A stretch of 64,000 nucleotides of DNA, from the NCBI GenBank assembly GCA_009778695.1, contig WRFS01000007.1, forward strand, positions 7,753 to 71,752. The letters are read 5' to 3'. Below, one piece after another: positions 36,216 through 46,755 of the stretch. Source of the stretch: Oscillospiraceae bacterium (lineage in GTDB: Bacteria > Bacillota > Clostridia > TANB77 > CAG-508). The notes below the pieces were generated by a model. That model had not been told where the DNA came from. It saw only the letters and a list, made by a program, of their open reading frames with translations, and searched no databases. The position numbers and the translations under genes were made by a program. Position 1 is the stretch's first letter. Every line of letters begins with the position of its first letter.

Positions 36216-39110
36216 ATGCCGACATTTGGTGAATATGTTGGGAAAGTAACTGTATTAGATTGGTTTAATGACACAGCTGCAGCAGTGCTTAACTGGACAA
36301 TTGGAATGGTAACAATGGGAATTAAAATTCAAGTTATAGGTTGGACATCATTATTTGAAAATACAGTAGGAGAAATTTTAAATTTTGGAACAGAAGATAT
36401 GAGTCAAACAAATGTAGGGGCAACCAGCACTGGCACAGGAGGCACCAGCAGCACTGGCACTGGTAGTACTACTACCAACACTGGTACTAGCACCAATAAT
36501 GGCACTAGTAGTACTAATACTGGTACTAGTTCTGGAGGAAGTTTGTTTAATGTACTAAAAGGAGACCATAAAGTCACAGTAGAAGATGTAATATTTAATA
36601 GAGTTCCTTTACTAGATGCAAATTTCTTTGATTTTGCAAATGCCGGTGGAAAACAATTATCACAAAATAGTTTAATATATAAAGTAAGGCAAGGTATAGC
36701 TGGTTGGTATTCAACATTAAGAACAATAGCAATTATGGGTATGCTAGCAATGCTTATATACATTGCAATAAGAATGGCACTATCTAACGTAGCTGAAGAT
36801 AAGGCAAACTATAAATCTAAATTTGTTGATTGGTTAATTGGATTTATAATAGTATTAACGATACACTACTTTATGCTGGCAATTATAACGATTAATGACC
36901 AATTTGTTAAAATACTTGACTTTTCTGCTAATTCTAGTACTACAAGCACAACACAAAGTGGGACTACAGGTGATGGCGATGAAATGACTGCAAATGAACA
37001 ATTTGGAGCAATGATGCAGGGACTTTCTACAGTTGGGTATACTCAAAAGAATGCAGTTCAACCAGATGATAATAGTCAGAGTATATATGAGACAGTTAGA
37101 ATACAAGCATATGATGTTCAGGCATCAACAGGATGGACAGCAACAATAATATATATGGTATTGGTATTTTTCTTAGTTAGGTTTGTAGTTTTTTATACAG
37201 TCAGATTATTTACATTAGCAATATTAACAATTATATCCCCATTAATGGGTGTATTGTATGCAATGAATAAGAGAGTGTATGCATTAAAGAATTGGGGATT
37301 AGAGTATGGGCATAATGTTTTGATACAACTTGTGCATGCAATAATATACAGTGCGTTTATATCTATTGCGTTACAGCTTACAAAAACGTCAACATTTGTA
37401 GGTGCAATCATAGCAGTAGTCTTTTTGGGCTTTATGCTTAGTGCAGAAGAATTGGTTAAAAAGATATTTAATTTTGGATCGAAATCATTACCTAGTTTAG
37501 CCAATTCATCGTTAATGGCGACAGCCGCAGTTGTTGGAGCGAGAAAGTTGGTTCCAAAATCTATTGGTCTTGCAAAGACCTCTATAACAGGAACTGGAAG
37601 TGGTATAAATTACGTTAGAAATAGACTTAGAGGTACGCCACCTAATGAAGAAGGTGGAGCTCAAAGTGGAATCCATGGCATGCCAAATCTTGGGGGTTCA
37701 GACGGTGGCGGTTCACGCAGCGTGGACTCAGGTGATGGAAACTCAAATGATAGTTCTCCAGATAATAATGGAGAGAACCAAAGTGGAATTGTTATACCAC
37801 CAGAATATGATGAAAGAGGAAATCCAAGTTATTTGACTGCTAGTGATATAGAACAACAAATAAAAGATAAAGAAAAAGAAAAATCAGCTGCAAGAAGAGA
37901 GTTTATATGGAAAAGTGCAGGAAATGCTGTAGGAGGGATATTGGGAACAGCGGCCCTTATGGCAAGTATACCAGTTATTATAGTAAGTCCAACAAAAGGA
38001 TTGGGGATGGCAGGTACTAGTATTTATAGTATGTATAGAGGATTTAAACCAAGTAGGCATAGACTAAAAAGACCAAAGGTTTCTGGGGAATCTAAGAGAT
38101 ATACTAGCGGAAAACTACTATTTGGTTGGGCTTCAGGCGGTGCAACTTTGGCGGCAGGAAGTTTATATAGAAATGCAGAAGGCAGAAAGGCACATTATAA
38201 TATACCTTTAGAGGACCTTAAACAACTAGAAAAAGCACGAGAGTTAGAAGATCAATTAATAAGAGCAATGGCAAAATTTCAACCGACTGCACAAAACCAA
38301 GTTAATGAAGTTATAAAACAAACGAATAATCGAGATCTTGCACAAGCACTAGACATGACCTTTGAGACCGTAACTAAACAAGAAGTAAACCAAGCAGTAA
38401 CAGCATATATTCTAAAAAATAAAGTACTTAATGTAGAAGTAAAAGATATAGAAAAGATAGCAGAACAGGTAAATGACTTACTAAAAGAAGAGGATAAAAA
38501 TCTTATAGTTACAGATCAATTTACAAAAAATTTAAAAGATGAAATTAGGGAAAAAGTTAAGGCAGTTGGTAATTATGCAACAGAAGAAGATTTAAAGAAA
38601 AAGGAACAAAGTGGGGAGACTTCAAGAAAAGCACCTCGTACGAAGGATAAAAATCACGAAACTACAACTGATGGCGATACATTGCGTAAAGAGCATGAAC
38701 GTAAAGATGTTGACAAAGATGAACACGAGAAATCAGAAAGTGTCGATACATTAGAGGAGGCTTTAAAGAAAGCAAAAGAAGAGGAAATTCATACTAAAGA
38801 GAAAGAAAGCCAAGCAGATGCAGAAAGTTTAAAAGATACAAGAAAAGTAATAACGGAAGAAGAATTGGATCAAAAAGTTGAAGAAGCCGTTAAAGGAATG
38901 AGCCATAAAGAAATTATAGAACTTATGACTGAAGCATTACAAAAAGAAGGAAGTATTTATAGAGAAGTACCAGAAAAATATGAACCAGTAATGAAGATAG
39001 TTAAGGACTTAGATGAGGTAAATAAAAATTATGTAGAAAGAACTGGGGAGCCAATTTACCCAAGCATAAAAAATTTAGTAAAATACATACAAAATCAATT
39101 CAATAAATAA
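36216..39110 (+). CDS. VirB6/TrbL-like polytopic membrane protein, paralogue 2, with long charged C-terminal extension
   Basis: T/G/S-rich linker, shared module GIAGWYSTLRTIAIMGMLAMLIYIAIRMALSNVAEDKANYKSKFVDW, then about 480 aa of G/S-rich and K/E-rich tail. Confidence 0.5.
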   Translation: MPTFGEYVGKVTVLDWFNDTAAAVLNWTIGMVTMGIKIQVIGWTSLFENTVGEILNFGTEDMSQTNVGATSTGTGGTSSTGTGSTTTNTGTSTNNGTSSTNTGTSSGGSLFNVLKGDHKVTVEDVIFNRVPLLDANFFDFANAGGKQLSQNSLIYKVRQGIAGWYSTLRTIAIMGMLAMLIYIAIRMALSNVAEDKANYKSKFVDWLIGFIIVLTIHYFMLAIITINDQFVKILDFSANSSTTSTTQSGTTGDGDEMTANEQFGAMMQGLSTVGYTQKNAVQPDDNSQSIYETVRIQAYDVQASTGWTATIIYMVLVFFLVRFVVFYTVRLFTLAILTIISPLMGVLYAMNKRVYALKNWGLEYGHNVLIQLVHAIIYSAFISIALQLTKTSTFVGAIIAVVFLGFMLSAEELVKKIFNFGSKSLPSLANSSLMATAAVVGARKLVPKSIGLAKTSITGTGSGINYVRNRLRGTPPNEEGGAQSGIHGMPNLGGSDGGGSRSVDSGDGNSNDSSPDNNGENQSGIVIPPEYDERGNPSYLTASDIEQQIKDKEKEKSAARREFIWKSAGNAVGGILGTAALMASIPVIIVSPTKGLGMAGTSIYSMYRGFKPSRHRLKRPKVSGESKRYTSGKLLFGWASGGATLAAGSLYRNAEGRKAHYNIPLEDLKQLEKARELEDQLIRAMAKFQPTAQNQVNEVIKQTNNRDLAQALDMTFETVTKQEVNQAVTAYILKNKVLNVEVKDIEKIAEQVNDLLKEEDKNLIVTDQFTKNLKDEIREKVKAVGNYATEEDLKKKEQSGETSRKAPRTKDKNHETTTDGDTLRKEHERKDVDKDEHEKSESVDTLEEALKKAKEEEIHTKEKESQADAESLKDTRKVITEEELDQKVEEAVKGMSHKEIIELMTEALQKEGSIYREVPEKYEPVMKIVKDLDEVNKNYVERTGEPIYPSIKNLVKYIQNQFNK

Positions 39111-39116
39111 TAAACT

Positions 39117-41384
39117 GTGGAAAGGGTATATGATATGAAAATTATAGGAAAGAGAGTGCTAATAATACTAATAATATTTATAATATTGTTTGGTTCAGTT
39201 GTGCCGATGGTTTTTGCCGATACTACAGGTACTACCACATCTGGAACAACAGGTGCAACGGGAACAACGGGAACAACAGGTACATCAAGCACATCTGGCA
39301 CATCAAGTGTATGGGACGGTTTAAGTGCAGCATCAGCTGCTGATGGTGGTGGTAATTTTGGAAGTGATGGTGGTATACAGAGTTCAGCTGTATCTGGAGA
39401 TGTATTAAGCACAATAGCAGACTTTGGTTCAGGAATATTACTATACCCAGTAAGATTAGTAATTATGATAGTTGCTCAAGCAATAGAAACAATAGTAGGA
39501 GTATCAGGTACCAATGGGACAACAGTAACTGCAGAATCAATATTATTTAATGACCAAAATTCAGAGTTAACGAACATAGACTTTTTTAAGCCGGCTCCGA
39601 CAGGTTCATCAACCTTTGTAACCACGTTAAGAAAAAATATCGCTGGATGGTATTATGGAATAAGAACCATAGCAATAATAGTTTCTTTAGCAGTATTAAT
39701 ATACATAGCAATAAGAATGGTAACTGCAAGTATTGCTGACGATAAAGCAAAATACAAAGGAATGTTAAAGAATTGGGCTGTAAGTTTTGCAATAGTATTT
39801 TTACTTCATTATGTTATTATATTAGTAATAAGTGGCAACAATACATTGGTGGCAATGCTAAAGAGTGCATTAGGTACAGGGACATCAAATACAAGTACAA
39901 GTAGTGTAATAGGAGGTTTATTTACTGGTCAAGTAAGTAATGATGGTACGGCTACAAACAGTGCATTTTCAAACTATGTGGCGAGCATAAAGTCCATGGC
40001 AATAGGGAATCTTACAGTTACAACAGGGTTTTCTGCAGCTATAGTATGGTTGATGTTGGAAGCAATAACATTAGCATTCTTTGTAATGTATGTAAAGCGT
40101 TTAATTGTTACTGCATTTCTAATAATAATATCTCCATTAATAACAGTAACATATGCAATAGATAAAATAGGAGATGGCAAGGCTCAAGCCTTTAGTAATT
40201 GGTCAAGGGAGTTTATTTGGACAGTTTTAATACAACCATTCCATTGTTTAATTTATTTAGTATTTGTGGGTGCAGCAGCGGGATTGTTATCGAATGGAAA
40301 CTTAGCAAGTTCAATTGTAGCTATTATGTGTATGTTATTTATATTAAGTGCTGAAGAAATTGTTAAGAAGATATTTGGTATACAATCGTCATCACATATG
40401 GGAAGCATAGCTACTGGAGCTGCATTGGCGGCAGGTGGTATAATGGCTGGAGCTAATTTTGCAAGAAAGACTACAAGTGGTCGTTTAGAAAAAGAAAAAG
40501 AAAAAGAAAAAGCTGGTGGAGCTGGTAACAATATAAAAATGCAAGAACCATCCAGAATAACAGGCGTTAGCGATGGAATAGGCATTGCCCGCGATGCCGG
40601 TAGTGGCGGTGGTGCTGGTGGAGGCGGTACCCCAGGTGGCAGCCCAAGTGTAGGAACAAGTCCAAGTGGCGGAGATTTAAGCACTAGCACATCAACAGAA
40701 CAAGGTTCAGAAAAACTTTCAAACTTAAGGCAAGGATTTGATAACTTTATGAATAGTCGAACTGGCAAGTTTGTTGGTGGATATTTGAAAAAAAGTGCGA
40801 CTATTGGTGCTGGTATATCTGGGGCAACCGTTGCTGCTATACAGTCAAATGGTAATATAGACACAATAGTTGGAGCGGCTACAGGTGCTGGAGCTTTAGG
40901 TGGAGGATTTGCAGAAATGACGGCAAAAAAAGCTGGTGCGGGAGTGAGATATAGATTAGATAAGATAGATCAGAAAAAAAATGCACCTATTATAAAGAAG
41001 ATGGAGCAAGCTAGATTAAAAAACGAGCAAGCTCAATTAAAGAATAACTTAAGTGGTTTAAGTCAGCAATATCAAGCGACTAAAGATGCGGGACATTGGC
41101 AACATGATGAAAAAACGCCTTGGACAGACAGCGAAATAAAAACAAGAGCTGAATTTTTGATGGGTGTTAATTTAAATAATTGGGAATCACAAGGAATACG
41201 TTTTGATAAAGGAGCGTCAAAGGGTCAATTAAATGAGGAAGGACAATTTGCACAACAGTTACAAGAAGTATCTAAACAGTTAAAGGATACAACTGGCGAT
41301 GGAAGTATAGAGAATGTATTAAAACACATGAGAGAACAAGGAGCAAGGGATGAACGAGATAATATGCGCGATATGAATACATAG
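39117..41384 (+). CDS. VirB6/TrbL-like polytopic membrane protein, paralogue 3
   Basis: Signal peptide then a TGT-rich linker. Shared module NIAGWYYGIRTIAIIVSLAVLIYIAIRMVTASIADDKAKYKGMLKNW, and a G-rich tail. ATG 39135 is an alternative start. Confidence 0.5.
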   Translation: MERVYDMKIIGKRVLIILIIFIILFGSVVPMVFADTTGTTTSGTTGATGTTGTTGTSSTSGTSSVWDGLSAASAADGGGNFGSDGGIQSSAVSGDVLSTIADFGSGILLYPVRLVIMIVAQAIETIVGVSGTNGTTVTAESILFNDQNSELTNIDFFKPAPTGSSTFVTTLRKNIAGWYYGIRTIAIIVSLAVLIYIAIRMVTASIADDKAKYKGMLKNWAVSFAIVFLLHYVIILVISGNNTLVAMLKSALGTGTSNTSTSSVIGGLFTGQVSNDGTATNSAFSNYVASIKSMAIGNLTVTTGFSAAIVWLMLEAITLAFFVMYVKRLIVTAFLIIISPLITVTYAIDKIGDGKAQAFSNWSREFIWTVLIQPFHCLIYLVFVGAAAGLLSNGNLASSIVAIMCMLFILSAEEIVKKIFGIQSSSHMGSIATGAALAAGGIMAGANFARKTTSGRLEKEKEKEKAGGAGNNIKMQEPSRITGVSDGIGIARDAGSGGGAGGGGTPGGSPSVGTSPSGGDLSTSTSTEQGSEKLSNLRQGFDNFMNSRTGKFVGGYLKKSATIGAGISGATVAAIQSNGNIDTIVGAATGAGALGGGFAEMTAKKAGAGVRYRLDKIDQKKNAPIIKKMEQARLKNEQAQLKNNLSGLSQQYQATKDAGHWQHDEKTPWTDSEIKTRAEFLMGVNLNNWESQGIRFDKGASKGQLNEEGQFAQQLQEVSKQLKDTTGDGSIENVLKHMREQGARDERDNMRDMNT

Positions 41385-41543
41385 ATGACGGATACAACAT
41401 AACAGAGAATATTAATAGATTGGAAGTGATATGTATGATTGAAAGATTTGATGATCCAGAAAAAAATATAGATAAAAAAAGAAATGAGGTTGTTGACGAT
41501 AGAACAATAGAAGAAAAACGATTTGACAACCTAAAGTTACATC

Positions 41544-44500
41544 ATGAAATTTTCACAAAACGGAGATCGTAATCGTGATGTCAAGGCTGATGAAGAAAGA
41601 CAACAAACATTAGTAGAAGCTGTACAATCAGGTGTTCAATCTCATGTAGAAAAAGTGGGAAAGCAAAGTTCTTTGGAACATGAAGAAGACGAAGACGAAA
41701 TAAATAAATCAAGGAGAAAAGAACTAAAAAGGAAAAAGCAGGAAGTAGCTGATGAAAAGAAAAAGCAAAGAGAAGAAAACGATGAAAGTAAAAAACGAGA
41801 AAGGTTAGCAAAACAAAGGCAGCAAAAAGCAGATCAAAAGCAAGCTTCAAAAGATGTGCAAGAAATAAGAGAACAAAAACAGGAGGAAAACCAGAGAAAA
41901 AAATTTGGGAACAAAAGCGTTGAGACAGCAGGTAAATATGGAGGAATTGATACTCCAATTAACAATAAGACAAAACAAAAACGTTGGAAACCAATTAGTA
42001 AAAGCCATAGGTCAAAAGATCTAGGTCTTGCAAACAATAGTGGGAAAGGATTAAATGATGAGAAAACAGGCAAAGGTGTTGAGGCTACTTCTGCGAAAAT
42101 AAATGGAAAACCAGAGGATTCAAACAACCAAGGTACAGGACAAGCAGGCAATAATGCACAAGATATTGTTGCTGCGATATTAGGTGGCGTTGGTGTTGGT
42201 AGTGTTGGCGGATTGGATGTACAAGTTCAAAATGGAGGGAAAAAGCCAGTAGCCAATATTGTTACAGAAAGTGTAGGCTCAAATGCACAAAGTGCTGGAA
42301 CAAATGGGCCAGTAGGAGGCGAAGACACAGATTCTTCACAAAACAACTCAAATAAAACGCCAGAAGCTGGTTCAGGTGTTAATACTGAAAATAATGGTCA
42401 AAATATAAAAAGTCCAGAAACAGACGAAGATCCATATAGTGGCATTTTTGGTAACAATTCAAATGAGAATGCACCTACAGATACTCCTACAGATATTCCT
42501 ACAGATACTCCTACAGGCACAACGGGGCCATCTGCAAGAACGCTTAGAAATCCTGGAGATATACCAATAGTTCCACCCGTTGCATTAGGTGGATATTTTG
42601 GAAGAAGATTAAATAATTTAAGAATTAGAAATAATACTGGTATTACTAGCGGTAGGTCTGTCAGCAATTATGGTAATAGTAGCGAAACTATGGATGATGC
42701 TGGTGAAAGTACGAGCCCTGCTAGTTCAGGGGCATCTGGTGGATTTATGGATCAAGCCAGACAAATCGGGGATAAGGGAACAAAAGCTGGCAATGCAGTT
42801 ATGAGGACTATACAAGCTAGCAAATTTGCAATGTGGTTGGCAGGAACTCCAGTTGGATGGGTTATTGGAATTATAGCAGCAGCAATAATTATTATATTAG
42901 CATTTATAGGGGCGGGTTCATTTTTATTAAATATGCCAAGTATGGTTAAGGATAGACTTCTTGCATCCACTAATGAGTTTTTTCGCTCTTTAAAAGGGAT
43001 AGTAACGGGGGAACAAACAAAAATTACCGAGCAACAAATTAAGGTATTAGGAACATATTTACAAAATATGGGGTATGATTTAAAATATTATGGTTTTGCA
43101 GAAAGCCTAACAAAAGATGCTAATGGAAATATAACATCTATACAGTCAAAATATTTATCAGCATATATGGCAGCAGAAGAAAGAAGTTATTTGTTTGGAA
43201 ATGAAGGTGTAAGTGTATCAAATATATTTGAGAATTGTTTTAGAGTAGTTACAGGTCAGCAAATAAAATGGGGAGTGGGAATGATAGTTCTAGATCAAGA
43301 TACTCTTACTAAAACTATTACTACGAAGGTATTAAAAACAACCAATGCAAATCCAGACGGTTTGTTTTCAAGTGTTATTCAAGATTTAAATACGGCAATA
43401 GAATGGACTCCAATAGGGTTTGTTGCTAATAATTTAGGAAGTACTGCTCAAAACATATTAGAAAGGGCTCAAATTAATCGTGATACTCAAGAATTAATTC
43501 TTGGAAGTCTTAACGTAAAAGTAAAGATTTGGAATACAGGGTATGATGTTTATAGATTTAGTTTAAAACAATGGATAGAAGACTATGGTTCGCCAATGGA
43601 ATTGTTTCTAACATTGCATTTAGCAACAAGAGCTCCTGAGTTTGTATATAACATGGCAACAACTTATGATACAAGAGTATATGTAAATACAAAAACAATT
43701 GATGATGTGCAAGTAAGCCTTGTAAAGGTAGATAAAGATGCTAATAATAACGTTATATTGGATTCAAATGGAAAACCTAAAATGATTCCACTTACTGATG
43801 CGGATTTGAAAGGAATTACGGGATCAGGACCGAATGAGATACAAAATTTTAATAACACAAGCATAAATGTCTTTACACCATATATTACAACAGTGGAAAA
43901 GAATTGGTATTATGATAAAGTAATATTTCAAGGGACTGCACCTAATGGGCAAGCTATAGATGTATATAAAATGGAACCAATAGATCCAAATAGTCCTGGT
44001 GCTGTAAGATATTATGCATATACACAAACGTTAAATAATGATGCGACACAGGTTGGGCAACAAACACAAGAAGTACCAGCAAGTTCTAGTAGTGGTGGTT
44101 TATTTGGTGGTGCAATTGGTAATTTACTTAGCAATGTGTTTTCAAATTTTGGAGGAATTGCAGGAACAATAGGAGGGAAAATATCTAGCGTTATTCAAGA
44201 TGCTGGGTTTGGTAGCTTAGGGGGGTTAACAGGAAGCATAACCAACGGGTTTGGTGCAATATCAAATGGTATGTTTCAAAATCTAGATTCTAGCCTTTTA
44301 TCAAACATTTCAAATAGCTGGACACAAGGATTTGGGAACTTAAATATTAGCCAAATAACTAGTTCATTGAACCTTAATAATATGTCAAGTTTGTTTAATA
44401 CAAATAATCTTCTTCAGGGCTTAAATTCGCTTGATACATCAAAGTTTAATTTAACTGGAATAACTAATATTAGCAATTTATCTAGTTTAACAAGTCAACT

Positions 44501-46739
44501 TAACATGTCTAATTTGAATAGTGTTCTTAATACAACTAACATAGGAAATGTTATTAATTATAACGGAATGAATATCGATTCAATAGTAAACAATATGTAT
44601 CAAAATTTTAGCCCAAGTATGTTAAAGAATCTGGATAGCCAAGTATCATCTATGATGAGCCAAATGTTTGATTTATCTAATCCAGCTGATGCTACTACAT
44701 ATGCAAAATCATTAACAGATAGCTTATCTAAACAAATTGTTGATAATACAGCAGCAAGTTTTCTAAACCAAATAAGTGCTCAAGTACAGCAAACAATTGC
44801 GGGGCAACTTAATTCGCAACTTGTACCAGGATTAGAAAATGAATTTTCGAGACAAATATCTGGACTAAGCATGGCTCAACTTAATTCTTTAGCTTCAATA
44901 AACAATATGGACTTTAATAGTGTAGAAAACATATCAAACAAAGTATCAAGTTTACAAAGTGCATTAAATGCGACAGATAATACGGTTCAAAATTTATCAG
45001 ACGTATGTAATAAGATTACTAAAAGCATGACCGGACAAGATTTAGCAATGATAAATAATGCAATAAAAACACAAAATATAGATGATGTGGTAAACAATGC
45101 AAGTTCAAATTGGTATGGTTTAGATAAAGACACATTGTTAGATTTTGTAAATAGAATGAATAGTATAGATCCATATCAAAGTGGTCTAACATCAACAATA
45201 GATGAGATGAAAAAAGACACCGATAGTTTAGATGTGCAGGATTTAAAGGGATTATGTGATAAGTTATCAGCATATATTAAAAGTTCAGGAGATGCTTTTA
45301 ATGGAATGAATGGATTACTTGATTCTGATAAAAATGATTTATCTAATAACTTAAATAAATTATATTCTTCTCTTAATCTAGTGACTAATTGTGTAAACGG
45401 TTTGGATATTAATGCTTTAACTAATATTAAGAGTAAAGTAAGTGGTATTAACAGTCAACTATTAACTGGATTGGGTGCTCAATTATCAGGAATGGCAAAT
45501 TCAACCATAAATAACTTAATTAACCAAATTAAGAGTATGCCAAATCAAATAATTAGCAACTTACAAAATCAATTGACTACGCAAATATCACAAGGTTTAA
45601 AGCAAGCTATATCTCAACAATTATCAGACAAGTTATCAACAGATTTATTTAACAGTTTAAACACTGGAAATAGATTAACGCAGATAATGGCACCAAGTGG
45701 TGGTAATGTACAACAAGGAGATCCAACTGAAATAGATCAACCTACTGAAAATAGTACTACGGAATATGCAACAGGACTCTATGTTAAAGAAGTAAGAAAA
45801 GAGGATTATATACAAAAAGCTGAACCTATAAGAATACCATATAATACTCAGCATTGGATAGATTTATTTATTAAAGATAAATATATTATAGTTGGTAATG
45901 ATAATATAGATATTAGTAGATTAGCCGATCCAACTTATATGCCAAATGATAGACAAAGTGTTTGGCAAGCAACAAATGGACATCTTGACACTATAATTTA
46001 TGGAATGCTAGATAGTGTAGGGGATGTAGATTCTCAATATTTGTTGAGGGACTTTAAAGAATTATTTACAGATAATGGCTGGGCATTGCAAAATGCATAT
46101 AATAAGCAAAACAATGCTACTAATACTAGTACGACAACGACAACTCAAAGCACATCACAAACTTTGGCAGCAAGCGAAGCTTTTAGTTGGATATTTAAAA
46201 CAACAGCAACGAAACAAACAATCAATACAAACACAGGAGTTACACAAACAGTGTTAAAAGCAACATATGAACCATATACATGGGTAGCTAACACAATGGG
46301 TATATTAACACCAATAACCGAAGATAAAGTATATGGATTTAATAAAGGGTTAGATGTGATTTCTCCAGTTAGTGGTGTAGTTATATCAAAAACAGATCAA
46401 ACTAAAAATGAGTTAGGACAAATAACACCATCAAGCATTACAATTGAGGTGAGAAATAGCGGAGATAAAGATGCAGATGGTATGAGAGTTGTTATAATGG
46501 GCATAGACATTGGAAGTAACATAGTACCTGGTATGCAAGTATATAAAGAAAGCCTAACCAGTACGGGAAGTGCAACAGTAATAGGAACAACAGGAACAAG
46601 TGAAATTAAAATAATGGTGTTATCTAAGAGTGACCATACAATGGTTTCAAATATATCTGACTTTTTGAAACCACCACAAGAAATGCGTTTTGATGCTAAT
46701 GGCAATCAAGTTGATTCTCAAGGGAATCCGATAAAATAG
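41544..46739 (+). CDS. Giant T4SS-cluster protein (1731 aa)
   Basis: Parts in order: K/E/R-rich N-terminus; low-complexity linker with TDTPTDIPTDTPTG; TM helix (WLAGTPVGWVIGIIAAAIIIILAFIGAG); a large N/S/L-rich external region; and a C-terminal LytM-like fold lacking the metal-binding His (NKGLDVISPVSGVVIS...TGTSEIKIMVL). Confidence 0.55.
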   Translation: MKFSQNGDRNRDVKADEERQQTLVEAVQSGVQSHVEKVGKQSSLEHEEDEDEINKSRRKELKRKKQEVADEKKKQREENDESKKRERLAKQRQQKADQKQASKDVQEIREQKQEENQRKKFGNKSVETAGKYGGIDTPINNKTKQKRWKPISKSHRSKDLGLANNSGKGLNDEKTGKGVEATSAKINGKPEDSNNQGTGQAGNNAQDIVAAILGGVGVGSVGGLDVQVQNGGKKPVANIVTESVGSNAQSAGTNGPVGGEDTDSSQNNSNKTPEAGSGVNTENNGQNIKSPETDEDPYSGIFGNNSNENAPTDTPTDIPTDTPTGTTGPSARTLRNPGDIPIVPPVALGGYFGRRLNNLRIRNNTGITSGRSVSNYGNSSETMDDAGESTSPASSGASGGFMDQARQIGDKGTKAGNAVMRTIQASKFAMWLAGTPVGWVIGIIAAAIIIILAFIGAGSFLLNMPSMVKDRLLASTNEFFRSLKGIVTGEQTKITEQQIKVLGTYLQNMGYDLKYYGFAESLTKDANGNITSIQSKYLSAYMAAEERSYLFGNEGVSVSNIFENCFRVVTGQQIKWGVGMIVLDQDTLTKTITTKVLKTTNANPDGLFSSVIQDLNTAIEWTPIGFVANNLGSTAQNILERAQINRDTQELILGSLNVKVKIWNTGYDVYRFSLKQWIEDYGSPMELFLTLHLATRAPEFVYNMATTYDTRVYVNTKTIDDVQVSLVKVDKDANNNVILDSNGKPKMIPLTDADLKGITGSGPNEIQNFNNTSINVFTPYITTVEKNWYYDKVIFQGTAPNGQAIDVYKMEPIDPNSPGAVRYYAYTQTLNNDATQVGQQTQEVPASSSSGGLFGGAIGNLLSNVFSNFGGIAGTIGGKISSVIQDAGFGSLGGLTGSITNGFGAISNGMFQNLDSSLLSNISNSWTQGFGNLNISQITSSLNLNNMSSLFNTNNLLQGLNSLDTSKFNLTGITNISNLSSLTSQLNMSNLNSVLNTTNIGNVINYNGMNIDSIVNNMYQNFSPSMLKNLDSQVSSMMSQMFDLSNPADATTYAKSLTDSLSKQIVDNTAASFLNQISAQVQQTIAGQLNSQLVPGLENEFSRQISGLSMAQLNSLASINNMDFNSVENISNKVSSLQSALNATDNTVQNLSDVCNKITKSMTGQDLAMINNAIKTQNIDDVVNNASSNWYGLDKDTLLDFVNRMNSIDPYQSGLTSTIDEMKKDTDSLDVQDLKGLCDKLSAYIKSSGDAFNGMNGLLDSDKNDLSNNLNKLYSSLNLVTNCVNGLDINALTNIKSKVSGINSQLLTGLGAQLSGMANSTINNLINQIKSMPNQIISNLQNQLTTQISQGLKQAISQQLSDKLSTDLFNSLNTGNRLTQIMAPSGGNVQQGDPTEIDQPTENSTTEYATGLYVKEVRKEDYIQKAEPIRIPYNTQHWIDLFIKDKYIIVGNDNIDISRLADPTYMPNDRQSVWQATNGHLDTIIYGMLDSVGDVDSQYLLRDFKELFTDNGWALQNAYNKQNNATNTSTTTTTQSTSQTLAASEAFSWIFKTTATKQTINTNTGVTQTVLKATYEPYTWVANTMGILTPITEDKVYGFNKGLDVISPVSGVVISKTDQTKNELGQITPSSITIEVRNSGDKDADGMRVVIMGIDIGSNIVPGMQVYKESLTSTGSATVIGTTGTSEIKIMVLSKSDHTMVSNISDFLKPPQEMRFDANGNQVDSQGNPIK

Positions 46740-46755
46740 GAGGGACTGTAAAAAC

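Noticed and set aside
41434-41574. A 46-codon ORF overlapping the start of the giant gene, read as a separate gene.
   Set aside because: It is too short and featureless to call. It may be the true N-terminus displaced by an indel in one of the A7 runs. It is mentioned under the giant-protein finding rather than annotated.
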